From positions 64,001 to 128,000 of the IMG/VR virus record IMGVR_UViG_3300022843_000001: DNA of 64,000 nt; one strand, written 5' to 3'. Shown here one piece after another: positions 45,152-53,872 of the stretch. Source of the DNA: a virus. A program made the position numbers and the translations under genes. Position 1 is the stretch's first letter. Each line of letters begins with the position of its first letter. Under the pieces are notes generated by a model. The model searched no databases, was not told the origin of the DNA, and was given only the letters and a program-made list of their open reading frames with translations.

Positions 45152-45748
45152 TTATTTCTCATACCAATTTCTCATCAGATTGTCTTTCCAAGGTAACATC
45201 CTTAAGTTATCTTTTTGAGACAATTCCTCAGCTGAAAGGCCGTTTTCAAATCCGAATTTAATCGTTATAATATGGTCCAGTTGGTATCCGCCATCAACAC
45301 CACATATAGTTCGGGGATGATCGTTCGGATTAATTTCCTCTTTGTACATTTCATATATTTTCTGTGTAAGTCGATGCACTCTACCTCCAAATTTTTTAAA
45401 TTCTGGCGTAGTGTCTTTGCTTTGAGCCTTACTGAATGACTCAGTCTGCGTATATGATCTATCAATATTTCGTACTTTAGTTAGATATTCCTCATTTATA
45501 TGCATACATGATCTAGAACAATATTTACGATTGCTAGATGGAACGACTAACATTAACACTCCACACTCCCCGCAAATTTTGTTATTTTTTGGCCCGTGTT
45601 TTGGTCCACTTCCAACTTGGCGCTTTGCACATATTTGATAATGCTTTAATAATCTGCTTACTGTAGGTCTAGATATATTAAAGTTCTTCATAATTTCATC
45701 ATAGGTATGGTCTTTAACCCATAATATATCTTCTTCTGATAAACGCAT
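45152..45748 (-). mobile_element. Free-standing HNH homing endonuclease
   Basis: CGVDGGYQLDHII...NLRMLPWKDN; Zn-like CGEC...CSRSC; late promoter at 45771-45778. Confidence 0.8.
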
Positions 45749-45773
45749 ATTAATCTCTTTTGTATGGAGTTAT

Positions 45774-45818
45774 TTATACATTTCCATTTTTCCATTTCAG
45801 TTTAGTAAAACTTATCAT
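45774..45818 (-). pseudogene. Stranded original 5' end of gp46
   Basis: MISFTKLKWKNGNV* parallels IIHFTKLRYKN; ATG lies 1 nt after the upstream stop. Confidence 0.7.
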
Positions 45819-45819
45819 A

Positions 45820-46314
45820 TTAGTGCTTCCAAGTTACCGCCTGATGACCTTTATGTTTAACCATCCAGTCTGCGCAGTAACTTGCAGCAAAAGCATCTGG
45901 TTTCGCCTTGGCTTTCATGCCAGTCATACCCATTACATAACCAGTCGCTTCGTTAATAACGATACTGGAGTTATGCTTTTTATTAGGGTTAATGTCAAGG
46001 TGGATTTCACATTCAAAGTTTTCTAATTCTTCTGCTAATTCCATATACAAACCAACGACCTTATACGACTCATTCATAAGACGCATTCTAGGTTTTGCTT
46101 TGTTTGGGTCATAATCCCGTTCAGTATCGCTGTAACCAAATACTCTACAACCATGGCGGCCGCTAAGATGAATTACCACCACGGTAGTATATCTGGCATA
46201 CCACGTATTGCCTTTCTTATACTTAACGGAGTCACAACCTAAATAGATCTTTGAGTCGTCCTCTACTGTGGTAAGGAATTCTTTAATTTCTTCAATTTCA
46301 ATCTGATTAAACAT
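45820..46314 (-). CDS. RNase H-like (DUF458-type) protein
   Basis: IYLGCDS, RYTTVVVIH, RMRLMNE, EIHLDIN, ASYCAD. Confidence 0.75.
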   Translation of the reverse strand: MFNQIEIEEIKEFLTTVEDDSKIYLGCDSVKYKKGNTWYARYTTVVVIHLSGRHGCRVFGYSDTERDYDPNKAKPRMRLMNESYKVVGLYMELAEELENFECEIHLDINPNKKHNSSIVINEATGYVMGMTGMKAKAKPDAFAASYCADWMVKHKGHQAVTWKH

Positions 46315-46317
46315 TAT

Positions 46318-47379
46318 TTAAACTACCTCTAAATTTAAAGCCTCAATGTAGACTTCTTGCATCAATTGCTTGATTCTTTCTTTATTCAAATCCGTTTCTA
46401 CATTCATCACGTAACCATCCAATAACTCCGTGGTATCTTCTACCGTAATGTTATTGTCTGAGGTGTTCATCCCTGCAAATTCATCGAACGATTCCGCGAT
46501 CTTTAGATCATGGACGCCCACATCATTAATCCTATCAACAAACTTATCAAAAGAGTAAGGGTCGGATTTATGTACAACCACGATCTTTATAAATTTGTCT
46601 GTGAACTTTTGCACATCAACTGTGCTATAGTCGGTGGTCTTATCATCATATATTATCTTCTCAAATAGAGTCACCGAATTATGTACTGGACTCATGATTC
46701 GAGTATCTGTATCAAATATATGGAAATACTTAGGATCATGAGCATCAGCCCATGTAAATTCAAGTTGTGACCCAAGATATGTTATATTGCCCTGAGAAGA
46801 CTTTGTATGAAAGTGCCCAGACCACACCTGTTCAAAGCGCTTGAATGCCTCCATACCCATACCATGCTGGTTTTTAATACCTTTCATCATATCAAAACCC
46901 ACCAACTCTAGGTGTGCTCCAAGAAAGTCTGCTTTACAGTTCTGCACAAAGTTCATGCTTTCTTTATAGTTATAGTTATTAATCCACGGCAACAGGGCAA
47001 TATTGCAACCGTCATAGTTCATAACCCGTGGCTCCATTACTATATTTATCTCGTTCATGTAATGACCTAGCAACTCTTTTAGTGAACAAAGATCGTTGTC
47101 ATTCTTATAAAAAACATCATGATTCCCAGGTATGATATCCATAGTGATACCAAACTTCTTTAGGTTGTCTAGAAAGTGCTTACGATTTTCGTGAAGTGCT
47201 TTAAAGTTTATAAACTTTCGGTGGTCGTAATAGTCACCCAGATGAATAATTGTAGTGATGCCATGTTTAACTAAATAAGGAAAAAACACATTCTCATAAA
47301 AGTCGGCCTGATACCTAATAAAGATCTCAGACGAGTTTCGTATACCACAATGAGTATCATTTAAAAATGCAATTTTCAT
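46318..47379 (-). CDS. gp47: Recombination endonuclease (Mre11-like)
   Basis: NDTHCG, HLGDYYD, PGNHD, GAHLE, SGHFH. Confidence 0.95.
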   Translation of the reverse strand: MKIAFLNDTHCGIRNSSEIFIRYQADFYENVFFPYLVKHGITTIIHLGDYYDHRKFINFKALHENRKHFLDNLKKFGITMDIIPGNHDVFYKNDNDLCSLKELLGHYMNEINIVMEPRVMNYDGCNIALLPWINNYNYKESMNFVQNCKADFLGAHLELVGFDMMKGIKNQHGMGMEAFKRFEQVWSGHFHTKSSQGNITYLGSQLEFTWADAHDPKYFHIFDTDTRIMSPVHNSVTLFEKIIYDDKTTDYSTVDVQKFTDKFIKIVVVHKSDPYSFDKFVDRINDVGVHDLKIAESFDEFAGMNTSDNNITVEDTTELLDGYVMNVETDLNKERIKQLMQEVYIEALNLEVV

Positions 47380-47612
47380 GATAGATCTTTACTTTCAGGC
47401 CAGTTTCTGAGTCCTTTGCTTTTCAATTCAAGATCAGTCATTATCTTAATAACATAATCTGACGCGTTATTAAGATTTAGTCGAATTGAATATTCATCAA
47501 CATTGTGGCCAAATGGCTGGTCATTTCTTACTAGCATTTCAAATGCTTCTGTATATCTATTAGAAGATAATAGATATGTTTTGTATTTTGCCTTCATAAA
47601 AATGTTGCTCAA
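47376..47612 (-). CDS. Small hypothetical protein
   Basis: ORF track; the likely start is MKAKY. Confidence 0.45.
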   Translation of the reverse strand: MSNIFMKAKYKTYLLSSNRYTEAFEMLVRNDQPFGHNVDEYSIRLNLNNASDYVIKIMTDLELKSKGLRNWPESKDLS

Positions 47613-47623
47613 ATTAAAGTTTG

Positions 47624-47791
47624 TTAGTTATCATTGTCGCTAATATCCCAATCCTGTCGTTCCGAATCCATTCGAGAATCATTAAATGCCGTCATATATT
47701 TTGTAGATACCAATTCAGTTTTTACTGCTGAATCTGATTTTACTACCACAACCTCTTGAAGTTTTACGTTATCTTCGGGTGTATAAAACAT
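47624..47791 (-). CDS. Small hypothetical protein (55 aa, not in the ORF track)
   Basis: MFYTPEDNVKLQEVVVVKSD...DWDISDNDN; starts 4 nt after the gp55 stop. Confidence 0.5.
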   Translation of the reverse strand: MFYTPEDNVKLQEVVVVKSDSAVKTELVSTKYMTAFNDSRMDSERQDWDISDNDN

Positions 47792-47795
47792 ATTT

Positions 47796-48392
47796 CTACC
47801 TATTGAATGTGAATAATTCCAACCCTTCTTTTTTAGCTTTTTGTGCTTTCTTCTCAGCTTTTATCTTTTTCTTGGTAAACCCATCGTCTTCCTTTACTCT
47901 TTGAATTCGTGATCTTAAATCATCGACAAAGGTATGATCAATGCTACTTAAATGGTTTAGTTCTTCATCATTTAGATACATAAAATCATCGTAACCAGAT
48001 CTTTCTATGAATTTAAATTTAATATCTTGTTGCTTCTTCTCCTTTGCTATTCGACGCAAAAATGCAAAATAGCTAATTTGAGTAAAGTACGAAAAGGCAT
48101 TTGGATTACCCGTTCGAGTTGCTGCTTCAATGTTATAGTTAACTATGGCTCGTAAGTTGTTTTCTACTGCATCCATTACCATCTCATCTCGATATGTATA
48201 TCTAATGAAGTTTGATTTGTAGGACAACCCTTCTGCTATTTTTAGAAAGCATCTGGCAATATATTCTGGAACAACTGGCACCACGGTTTCATTTTCTTTG
48301 GCCGTGTTTGCAATCTTAACATAATCACAAACTGCTTGTGAGAAGTTTTTATTGTTCACGTAATGCGGTTTATCTTTAGGTTTAATCTTCAT
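47796..48392 (-). CDS. gp55: Late transcription sigma factor
   Basis: HYVNNK.F, IAEGLSYKSNFIRYTYRDEMVMDAVEN, NAFSYFTQI...AFLRRI.KEKKQ. Confidence 0.96.
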   Translation of the reverse strand: MKIKPKDKPHYVNNKNFSQAVCDYVKIANTAKENETVVPVVPEYIARCFLKIAEGLSYKSNFIRYTYRDEMVMDAVENNLRAIVNYNIEAATRTGNPNAFSYFTQISYFAFLRRIAKEKKQQDIKFKFIERSGYDDFMYLNDEELNHLSSIDHTFVDDLRSRIQRVKEDDGFTKKKIKAEKKAQKAKKEGLELFTFNR

Positions 48393-48413
48393 TGTTTGTT
48401 TCCTTTATAATGT

Positions 48414-48442
48414 ATTATACACCATCTTGGCGTATTTGTCAA
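48414..48442 (-). promoter_or_regulatory. Sigma70-type promoter for gp55
   Basis: TTGACA-17-TATAAT. Confidence 0.87.
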
Positions 48443-48476
48443 TAACTATTTAATATTAAACTTATTCACAAAATGG

Positions 48477-48538
48477 TTGACAAACTTGTGTAGTTGTGTT
48501 ATAATAACTAAGTCGTGCCGGGGCAGGTTGGTGTACAC
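48477..48538 (+). promoter_or_regulatory. Plus-strand sigma70 promoter followed by the conserved G-rich 33-mer (copy B)
   Basis: TTGACA-17-TATAAT with TGn; AACTAAGTCGTGCCGGGGCAGGTTGGTGTACAC. Confidence 0.8.
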
Positions 48539-48545
48539 TAAATAT

Positions 48546-48902
48546 CTAATGTAAGGTCAACCCTTCGGGATTGCCCTCCTGCGGTTCTTCTTCCTGCAAG
48601 GCATCCTTTAATTCCTGTCCTACGATTTTACTTAATGCATCCACGTAAAAGTTACACATTTCTGCATTAGGCTCTGCTATAACAATTCCAGTCTTCATAA
48701 TTGTCACGGTGTTGTTCTCTGCAAAGTTCATGAAGTCCTTCATATAATAAGTATACTTATCTTCTTCTGAATTGCTTTTAACTACTTCAAGACTGTCTTG
48801 CATTTCAATATAGACATCATTTTGGAATGTAACATTACCTACAATAAACTCTCCAGTGGCAAGTTTTATATACAATAATTGTACTTCATTTATAGCTCTC
48901 AT
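48546..48902 (-). CDS. Conserved hypothetical protein downstream of uvsW
   Basis: IKLATGEFIVG N-terminus; overlaps the uvsW stop. Confidence 0.6.
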   Translation of the reverse strand: MRAINEVQLLYIKLATGEFIVGNVTFQNDVYIEMQDSLEVVKSNSEEDKYTYYMKDFMNFAENNTVTIMKTGIVIAEPNAEMCNFYVDALSKIVGQELKDALQEEEPQEGNPEGLTLH

Positions 48903-49813
48903 TTTAAAGGTACCTCATAAACTTTATAATCAAATTCTTGTTGACTGTATATCTTAATTCTTTCTGCTGCATGATTTAATGCATAATTTTTATGTGATTT
49001 CCAATGCAAGTCGTCTGCAATGTCATACACGGTTGTAATTCTTCCATCATCAGATTTTCTCAAACCACGTCCTATCGATTGTAAAATCTTAATTTGGCTC
49101 TTCGACGGAGATGCAAAGACAATATTGTGTAGGTTCCTAATATTTATACCTGTAGAAAATACACCTAAACTAGCAACAATAATCGCATTCTTTTGTGTTT
49201 CAGTTAGTTTCCGTACATACTCTCTGGTATCGGCATCAGTCTTACCAGACACATAAAAGATCTTTCTTCTTTCGTGAGCATGCTTTTCTATAAGAGCATG
49301 TAGTGGTATACCATGCTTTTCCACAAACTGAAACAAGATTAAAGTATTACCATCTAGATCAAGAGCAAGATTTTTGATAAAGTTGTTACGTTTTTCGTGC
49401 CGAACAATAAAATCAATCTCGTCAGGATACTTCATCTTCTTAACTAACTTACATTCTTCATCTCTAAACTTCAACAATAGAATGTTAATATTCAGGCCAG
49501 CGAGAGTTCCATCATCAATAAGTTTCTTGGTTGTTGTCACGTAATGTGCTTTACCAAAGTGACCTTCAAGCTGCAATCTATGGCTCTTTGCAGAGCTGTC
49601 TTTGATAGTACCGGTAGTGCCAAATCTATATGCTGCTTCTGATAAGTTGGACATAATAGAGGTCAGAGACTTTGCTGTAGCGAGGTGCGCTTCATCCACT
49701 ACGACACAACCATACCTTTCAAACCAACTCTTATTGAGCTTGTATATAGACTGCCATGTTGATATTACAATTCTGGGTGTTGTAGTTTTTCTAGTTATTT
49801 TTTTTATTTTCAT
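48899..49813 (-). CDS. uvsW: UvsW helicase, C-terminal half
   Basis: ISTWQS, DEAH, GTTGT, STGINI, QSIGRGLR; basic MKIKKITRK head. Confidence 0.92.
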   Translation of the reverse strand: MKIKKITRKTTTPRIVISTWQSIYKLNKSWFERYGCVVVDEAHLATAKSLTSIMSNLSEAAYRFGTTGTIKDSSAKSHRLQLEGHFGKAHYVTTTKKLIDDGTLAGLNINILLLKFRDEECKLVKKMKYPDEIDFIVRHEKRNNFIKNLALDLDGNTLILFQFVEKHGIPLHALIEKHAHERRKIFYVSGKTDADTREYVRKLTETQKNAIIVASLGVFSTGINIRNLHNIVFASPSKSQIKILQSIGRGLRKSDDGRITTVYDIADDLHWKSHKNYALNHAAERIKIYSQQEFDYKVYEVPLK

Positions 49814-50639
49814 GATATGATCTTATATGTTTAGGGATGCAATGTGCCGCCATAGCTCTATCACAATATTCACATTTGATTTTGGGTTTTGATCGACCCT
49901 TCGCTTTAGTTGTAGTACCCTTATTGTGACCTTGTTGGATCCAATCATCTCCGGGCTTTTCGTTTGCTTGAGTACGTTCATAGGTTACAGTATTATACCA
50001 ACACTTTCTACCTTTCATATCAGGCATAGAATCAAGTTTTTTCTGAACAAAAACAGGATTTTGCATAGGATTGTTAGTATTCCACACATTCGTTTTATTT
50101 TTAGTACGAGTTTCTATAGACTTCTTATGAGTTTCCTCATCATTGAAGGGACTGTGCTCTTTCATAAACTCGCGTTGATTTTCTCTTTTCCCCGAATTCC
50201 ATTCAGCAACCATCATCTCAGATTGAGTGATGGCGTCCCTTCGCCCATCTTTGTAACTAGCTTTCATATCTTCGGACATCATGGCTGCAAGGTCTCTTTT
50301 TAGACTTTCGTATACCCTATTGGTTACACGACTTTCTGTGTTATTTGATTTCATAGACATTGCTGTATATGCCCTTAACATAGAATATCGACCTTTGTCC
50401 GTTATAAATTTAGGCAACAGCACGTGTGCTAAATAATGTTCCCTTGCTGTTAATCTTACCATATTATTTTTTGCATTACAACCACCAAGAGATTTAGGTA
50501 ATATGTGATGGTTTTCGGTGTAATTGTCTCTATCTACAGGATTAGCTAACCGGTTAGCTATTATATTACAATACCAATTATAATATTTGTTTATGTTCTT
50601 GCCCTTGTAGCCATTTATCGTCAATTTCGTGAGATTCAT
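49791..50639 (-). mobile_element. Free-standing HNH homing endonuclease splitting uvsW
   Basis: TENHHILPKSLGG...NMVRLTAREHYLAH; C-terminal CEYC...H...H; late promoter at 50676-50683 inside the upstream CDS. Confidence 0.88.
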
Positions 50640-51402
50640 TTAGTTCGTCTGCTCTTATTTTACATTTCTTATTGTTATTTATAATATCTATAAACGCATT
50701 GCCTAAAAATCTATACAATTTACCATCAATCGTCTCTATTTCTATGTATACTTTTGTGGGTGGTACCTTATCTTGCCCCGAGTATATAATATGGCAAAGA
50801 TCATCAGACATAAACCCGTCGTCAAATTCTGAATAATCCGCGAAGTCACTATTCATTTGTTTTACAAGTGAGGTTGTTGGCACTACAATTAGTATATCTT
50901 TTTCGTTGTTGTCAAGATAATAACGAAGTATAGAATATATAATAAAAGATTTGCCAGACGCAGTTGGAGATATAACCAAAGAGTTTCTATTCTCTAGGCA
51001 ATGCTCTACCGCGGCTAATTGATAGTCGTGATGCTTTATAGGTGCGCCGCGAGAAGTAAAAGTGCAGTCATTGATCCATTCCATATCATAAGAGTGTAGA
51101 GTCCCAGGCATGCCATAATAGTTATTGTGCTCTACTTCGATCTTGTAATCTCGAGTTTTGGCAAATTCTTCAACATAAGTATAGAGCCCAATAGGCAGCT
51201 GTCTATCTCTCGAGTTAAAAATGCGAATGTAGCCGTCCCATTGCTTGTTCTTATATGAGGGCATGAACTGATATCCCTCAGGTTGAAAAGCAAAGAAGTC
51301 AGTTAACTCATTGAGTATAGAAGGCTCGGCATCAACATGCAAAAACGCTTGGTTCTTCTTTTTTAAGGTTATTGTATTCCATTCTTTCATATCACATCCC
51401 AC
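50578..51402 (-). CDS. uvsW: UvsW helicase, N-terminal half with a 62-aa Hint-like tail
   Basis: WDGYIRIF, YQLAAV, SPTASGKS, VPTTSLV.QM, CHIIYSGQDK, then a foreign tail. Confidence 0.92.
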   Translation of the reverse strand: MGCDMKEWNTITLKKKNQAFLHVDAEPSILNELTDFFAFQPEGYQFMPSYKNKQWDGYIRIFNSRDRQLPIGLYTYVEEFAKTRDYKIEVEHNNYYGMPGTLHSYDMEWINDCTFTSRGAPIKHHDYQLAAVEHCLENRNSLVISPTASGKSFIIYSILRYYLDNNEKDILIVVPTTSLVKQMNSDFADYSEFDDGFMSDDLCHIIYSGQDKVPPTKVYIEIETIDGKLYRFLGNAFIDIINNNKKCKIRADELNESHEIDDKWLQGQEHKQIL

Positions 51403-51838
51403 TTGTAAATTGACGCCATTTTATAGCATTGCCGATAGTTTGGTGTCTCCATTTTATCGACTCCATTATCTCTTTCAGTACATCTACCACGTTTTTGGTG
51501 TATTCGATTCTTGCTAGTGCTGATTGTATGTGTTCATCCGCATCATAAAAATAATGCATCTCACCTTTCATGATCTTTAAACCTTGGAGTGCATCGTAAT
51601 CCCAGCCCAGCTTATCTATTGCATCTTTGGACATTTTGCCATTATACCATAGATATTTATTTTTTAGGAGTACTTGTAGTTCTGCTTCGCGCTTTTTGAG
51701 AGTAAGTCTATACATCGACCAGATCTCTATATATTTTGAATGAAGCTTAGCACCTTGGATAGATGCTGCGTCTAGATTCATCTCGTCGATGGGAGAATCG
51801 ACTTTCCACATAGCATAGATTGCTTCTAATGTTATCAT
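51392..51838 (-). CDS. uvsY: Recombination mediator
   Basis: WKVDSPID, LHSKY, KYLWYNGK; late promoter at 51873-51880. Confidence 0.9.
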   Translation of the reverse strand: MITLEAIYAMWKVDSPIDEMNLDAASIQGAKLHSKYIEIWSMYRLTLKKREAELQVLLKNKYLWYNGKMSKDAIDKLGWDYDALQGLKIMKGEMHYFYDADEHIQSALARIEYTKNVVDVLKEIMESIKWRHQTIGNAIKWRQFTSGM

Positions 51839-51883
51839 TATAAAGAGCCTTCATATAATTAGTTTACATATGTATTTATACAG

Positions 51884-52393
51884 CTATAATATCTTGTAGT
51901 AGCTGTAATTAAACGTGACGTTTGCAGTCATATATTCAACGTCAGATGCAGTTGCATCAAAAGCAACGGCAGATAAATCTACTGGAAAAGCATCAATAAA
52001 CTGTATTTGCTTATTAACATTATTTGATGAAGACAATATTGATAATGTCATATCTCGGGTTTTCTTTATGTTGTCACTTTCAACAACCTGTGCCAGAATC
52101 CAATCATGTATTTCTTGATAGTTAATTAGATTCTCGTCAATAAGAAACGTGCAGTCAAATGGACTGTAATCAATCTTATCACCATGAAAGCCTAGTTGTC
52201 TTACAGGTGTTGCAAAGTTAGCGGGTGGTAGAGAAATAGTGGGCAATGTTGCATTTTGAATAAGAAACTGAGAGTTCTTAAATTTAAGATTGTCTATAAG
52301 TAAATGAAATCCCGTAGGCGACAAATAGGAAACGTCTTCCATCATAGAAACTTCGTCTGATGAAGATATGTTGGTTTTAATATTATACGGCAT
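51884..52393 (-). CDS. gp3: gp3-like tail completion protein
   Basis: YLSPTGF, LPTISL, IDENLINYQEIHDW, DAFPVDLS; synteny; late promoter at 52421-52428. Confidence 0.7.
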   Translation of the reverse strand: MPYNIKTNISSSDEVSMMEDVSYLSPTGFHLLIDNLKFKNSQFLIQNATLPTISLPPANFATPVRQLGFHGDKIDYSPFDCTFLIDENLINYQEIHDWILAQVVESDNIKKTRDMTLSILSSSNNVNKQIQFIDAFPVDLSAVAFDATASDVEYMTANVTFNYSYYKIL

Positions 52394-52448
52394 AACGTTC
52401 TCTATTTTCTTGTATGTTACTATTTATAACATCTTTATCGGCGCCCAT

Positions 52449-52478
52449 AAAAAAAGGGTCGCAGCAATAGCGACCCTT
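52449..52478 (-). terminator. Intrinsic terminator after gp23
   Basis: AAGGGTCGC/GCGACCCTT stem plus a U-tract. Confidence 0.88.
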
Positions 52479-52507
52479 CCTATTATTTTCTAAAGATTAA
52501 TCAGGGA

Positions 52508-53854
52508 CTAAGCAGTAGAATCAATGATACCATTAACTTTAACAATTCTGTAATAAGTGTTTGTACGAACCGCACCTATTTCATTAGTACTGTCAACGAA
52601 TGGGTTTGCTACCATACCATAGCGAGTTTTGAAACCAATTTTAGGTTGGAATGTATTTTCACCAACAGCACGAACCATTGTTAAAGGAACATATGGGCAG
52701 TAGAAAAGACCTGCGTCATAAGCATTAGAACCTTTATAACCAATTGACATATAATCAACAGTGGCATATGGGTCAAGGATAACTTTCATGTTTCCGCCAA
52801 TTGTTCCTACAACAGTAGGACCAGTAACGTCATCACCAACAGTTAGACCATTCAAAGGTGAAGAATAATCAAGAAGACCAGCAGCATTCAATGAAGCAGC
52901 GATATCAGATGAAACGATAACGAAGTTACCTTTTCCACGGCGAGTATCGATTGCAATTTTGTTTGCTTCACGTTGGATGTGCAACATAAGCATCTTGATT
53001 TTTTCAATTGCCCAACGACCGTCAGCATCTGTAGAAAGGTCGTAAATACCAGCAGTTGTTAAACCAGCTTGTTGAGCACCAAGAACAGCACGTGAGTTAA
53101 CAGTACGAATTACTTCGCGGTTAACTTCAGCAAGAATTTCACCAGAAAGGATATTAGCCAATTCTGATTCAGCATCAAGACCATGTACAGCTTTAAGATC
53201 TTGTGCAAGTTCCATTGTGTATTCAGCTTTAAGAGCACGTGACTTTGCAGTTACAGTAGTCTTATCGATACTGAAAGACATTTCAGCAAAATGACCTTCG
53301 TTTGATTCACCGCTACCTAGAGCTTCAGAAGCAGCAGTAGTCATTGCTTGACCAACGCCGAAAGCGTCATTTACTGTGTCAGCAGGAGATGAGTCAGTTC
53401 CACCAAGTGAACTTGAATCAGCACCCATTGCAGAACCGGCACCGGTTAAATCACCAGCAGCGTTGTTTCCAGAGAAACCAGAGTTAGCTTCGCCAAATAA
53501 TGCTTCAGCACCACTTTGAGAAGTGTAACGAGATTTCATTGCAAAGATAAGTCCAGTAGGACCAGACATTGGCTGAACGCCAGCAATATCATATGCAATC
53601 AAATTAGGCATTGCGCGACGAACAAGAGAGATCAGAATTGGATCCCAGTTTGCCATTGGGCTTGCGCCACCAGCAGTAGCATTCGCAGCTTCGTTAAGAT
53701 AAGTGGATTGACCACGTTCTTCCATAAGAGCACGTTCAGTGTTCTCAAGAGCAACAGCAGTTACCGCGCGTTTTTGAGCATTACCAATAGTTTCAACGCC
53801 ATCAGCGTCGAGCATTGGTGCCCATTTTTCTAAAATTTCTTTTTGGTTTAGCAT
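52508..53854 (-). CDS. gp23: Major capsid protein
   Basis: DPILISLVRRAMPNLIAYDIAGVQPMSGPTGLIFAM, KSRALKAEYTMELAQDL, FQPKIGFKTRYG. Confidence 0.98.
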   Translation of the reverse strand: MLNQKEILEKWAPMLDADGVETIGNAQKRAVTAVALENTERALMEERGQSTYLNEAANATAGGASPMANWDPILISLVRRAMPNLIAYDIAGVQPMSGPTGLIFAMKSRYTSQSGAEALFGEANSGFSGNNAAGDLTGAGSAMGADSSSLGGTDSSPADTVNDAFGVGQAMTTAASEALGSGESNEGHFAEMSFSIDKTTVTAKSRALKAEYTMELAQDLKAVHGLDAESELANILSGEILAEVNREVIRTVNSRAVLGAQQAGLTTAGIYDLSTDADGRWAIEKIKMLMLHIQREANKIAIDTRRGKGNFVIVSSDIAASLNAAGLLDYSSPLNGLTVGDDVTGPTVVGTIGGNMKVILDPYATVDYMSIGYKGSNAYDAGLFYCPYVPLTMVRAVGENTFQPKIGFKTRYGMVANPFVDSTNEIGAVRTNTYYRIVKVNGIIDSTA

Positions 53855-53872
53855 TTTGTTAATAACTCCGAG

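Noticed and set aside
45113-45818. Group I intron or ribosomal bypass joining the two gp46 starts
   Set aside because: There is too little non-coding sequence for an intron core, I found no in-frame U|...G| junction, and the gap (~670 nt) is far longer than the T4 gene 60 bypass.
50581-50766. A functional splicing intein in uvsW
   Set aside because: It lacks the N-terminal Cys/Ser block, the TxxH histidine and the terminal HN + nucleophile.
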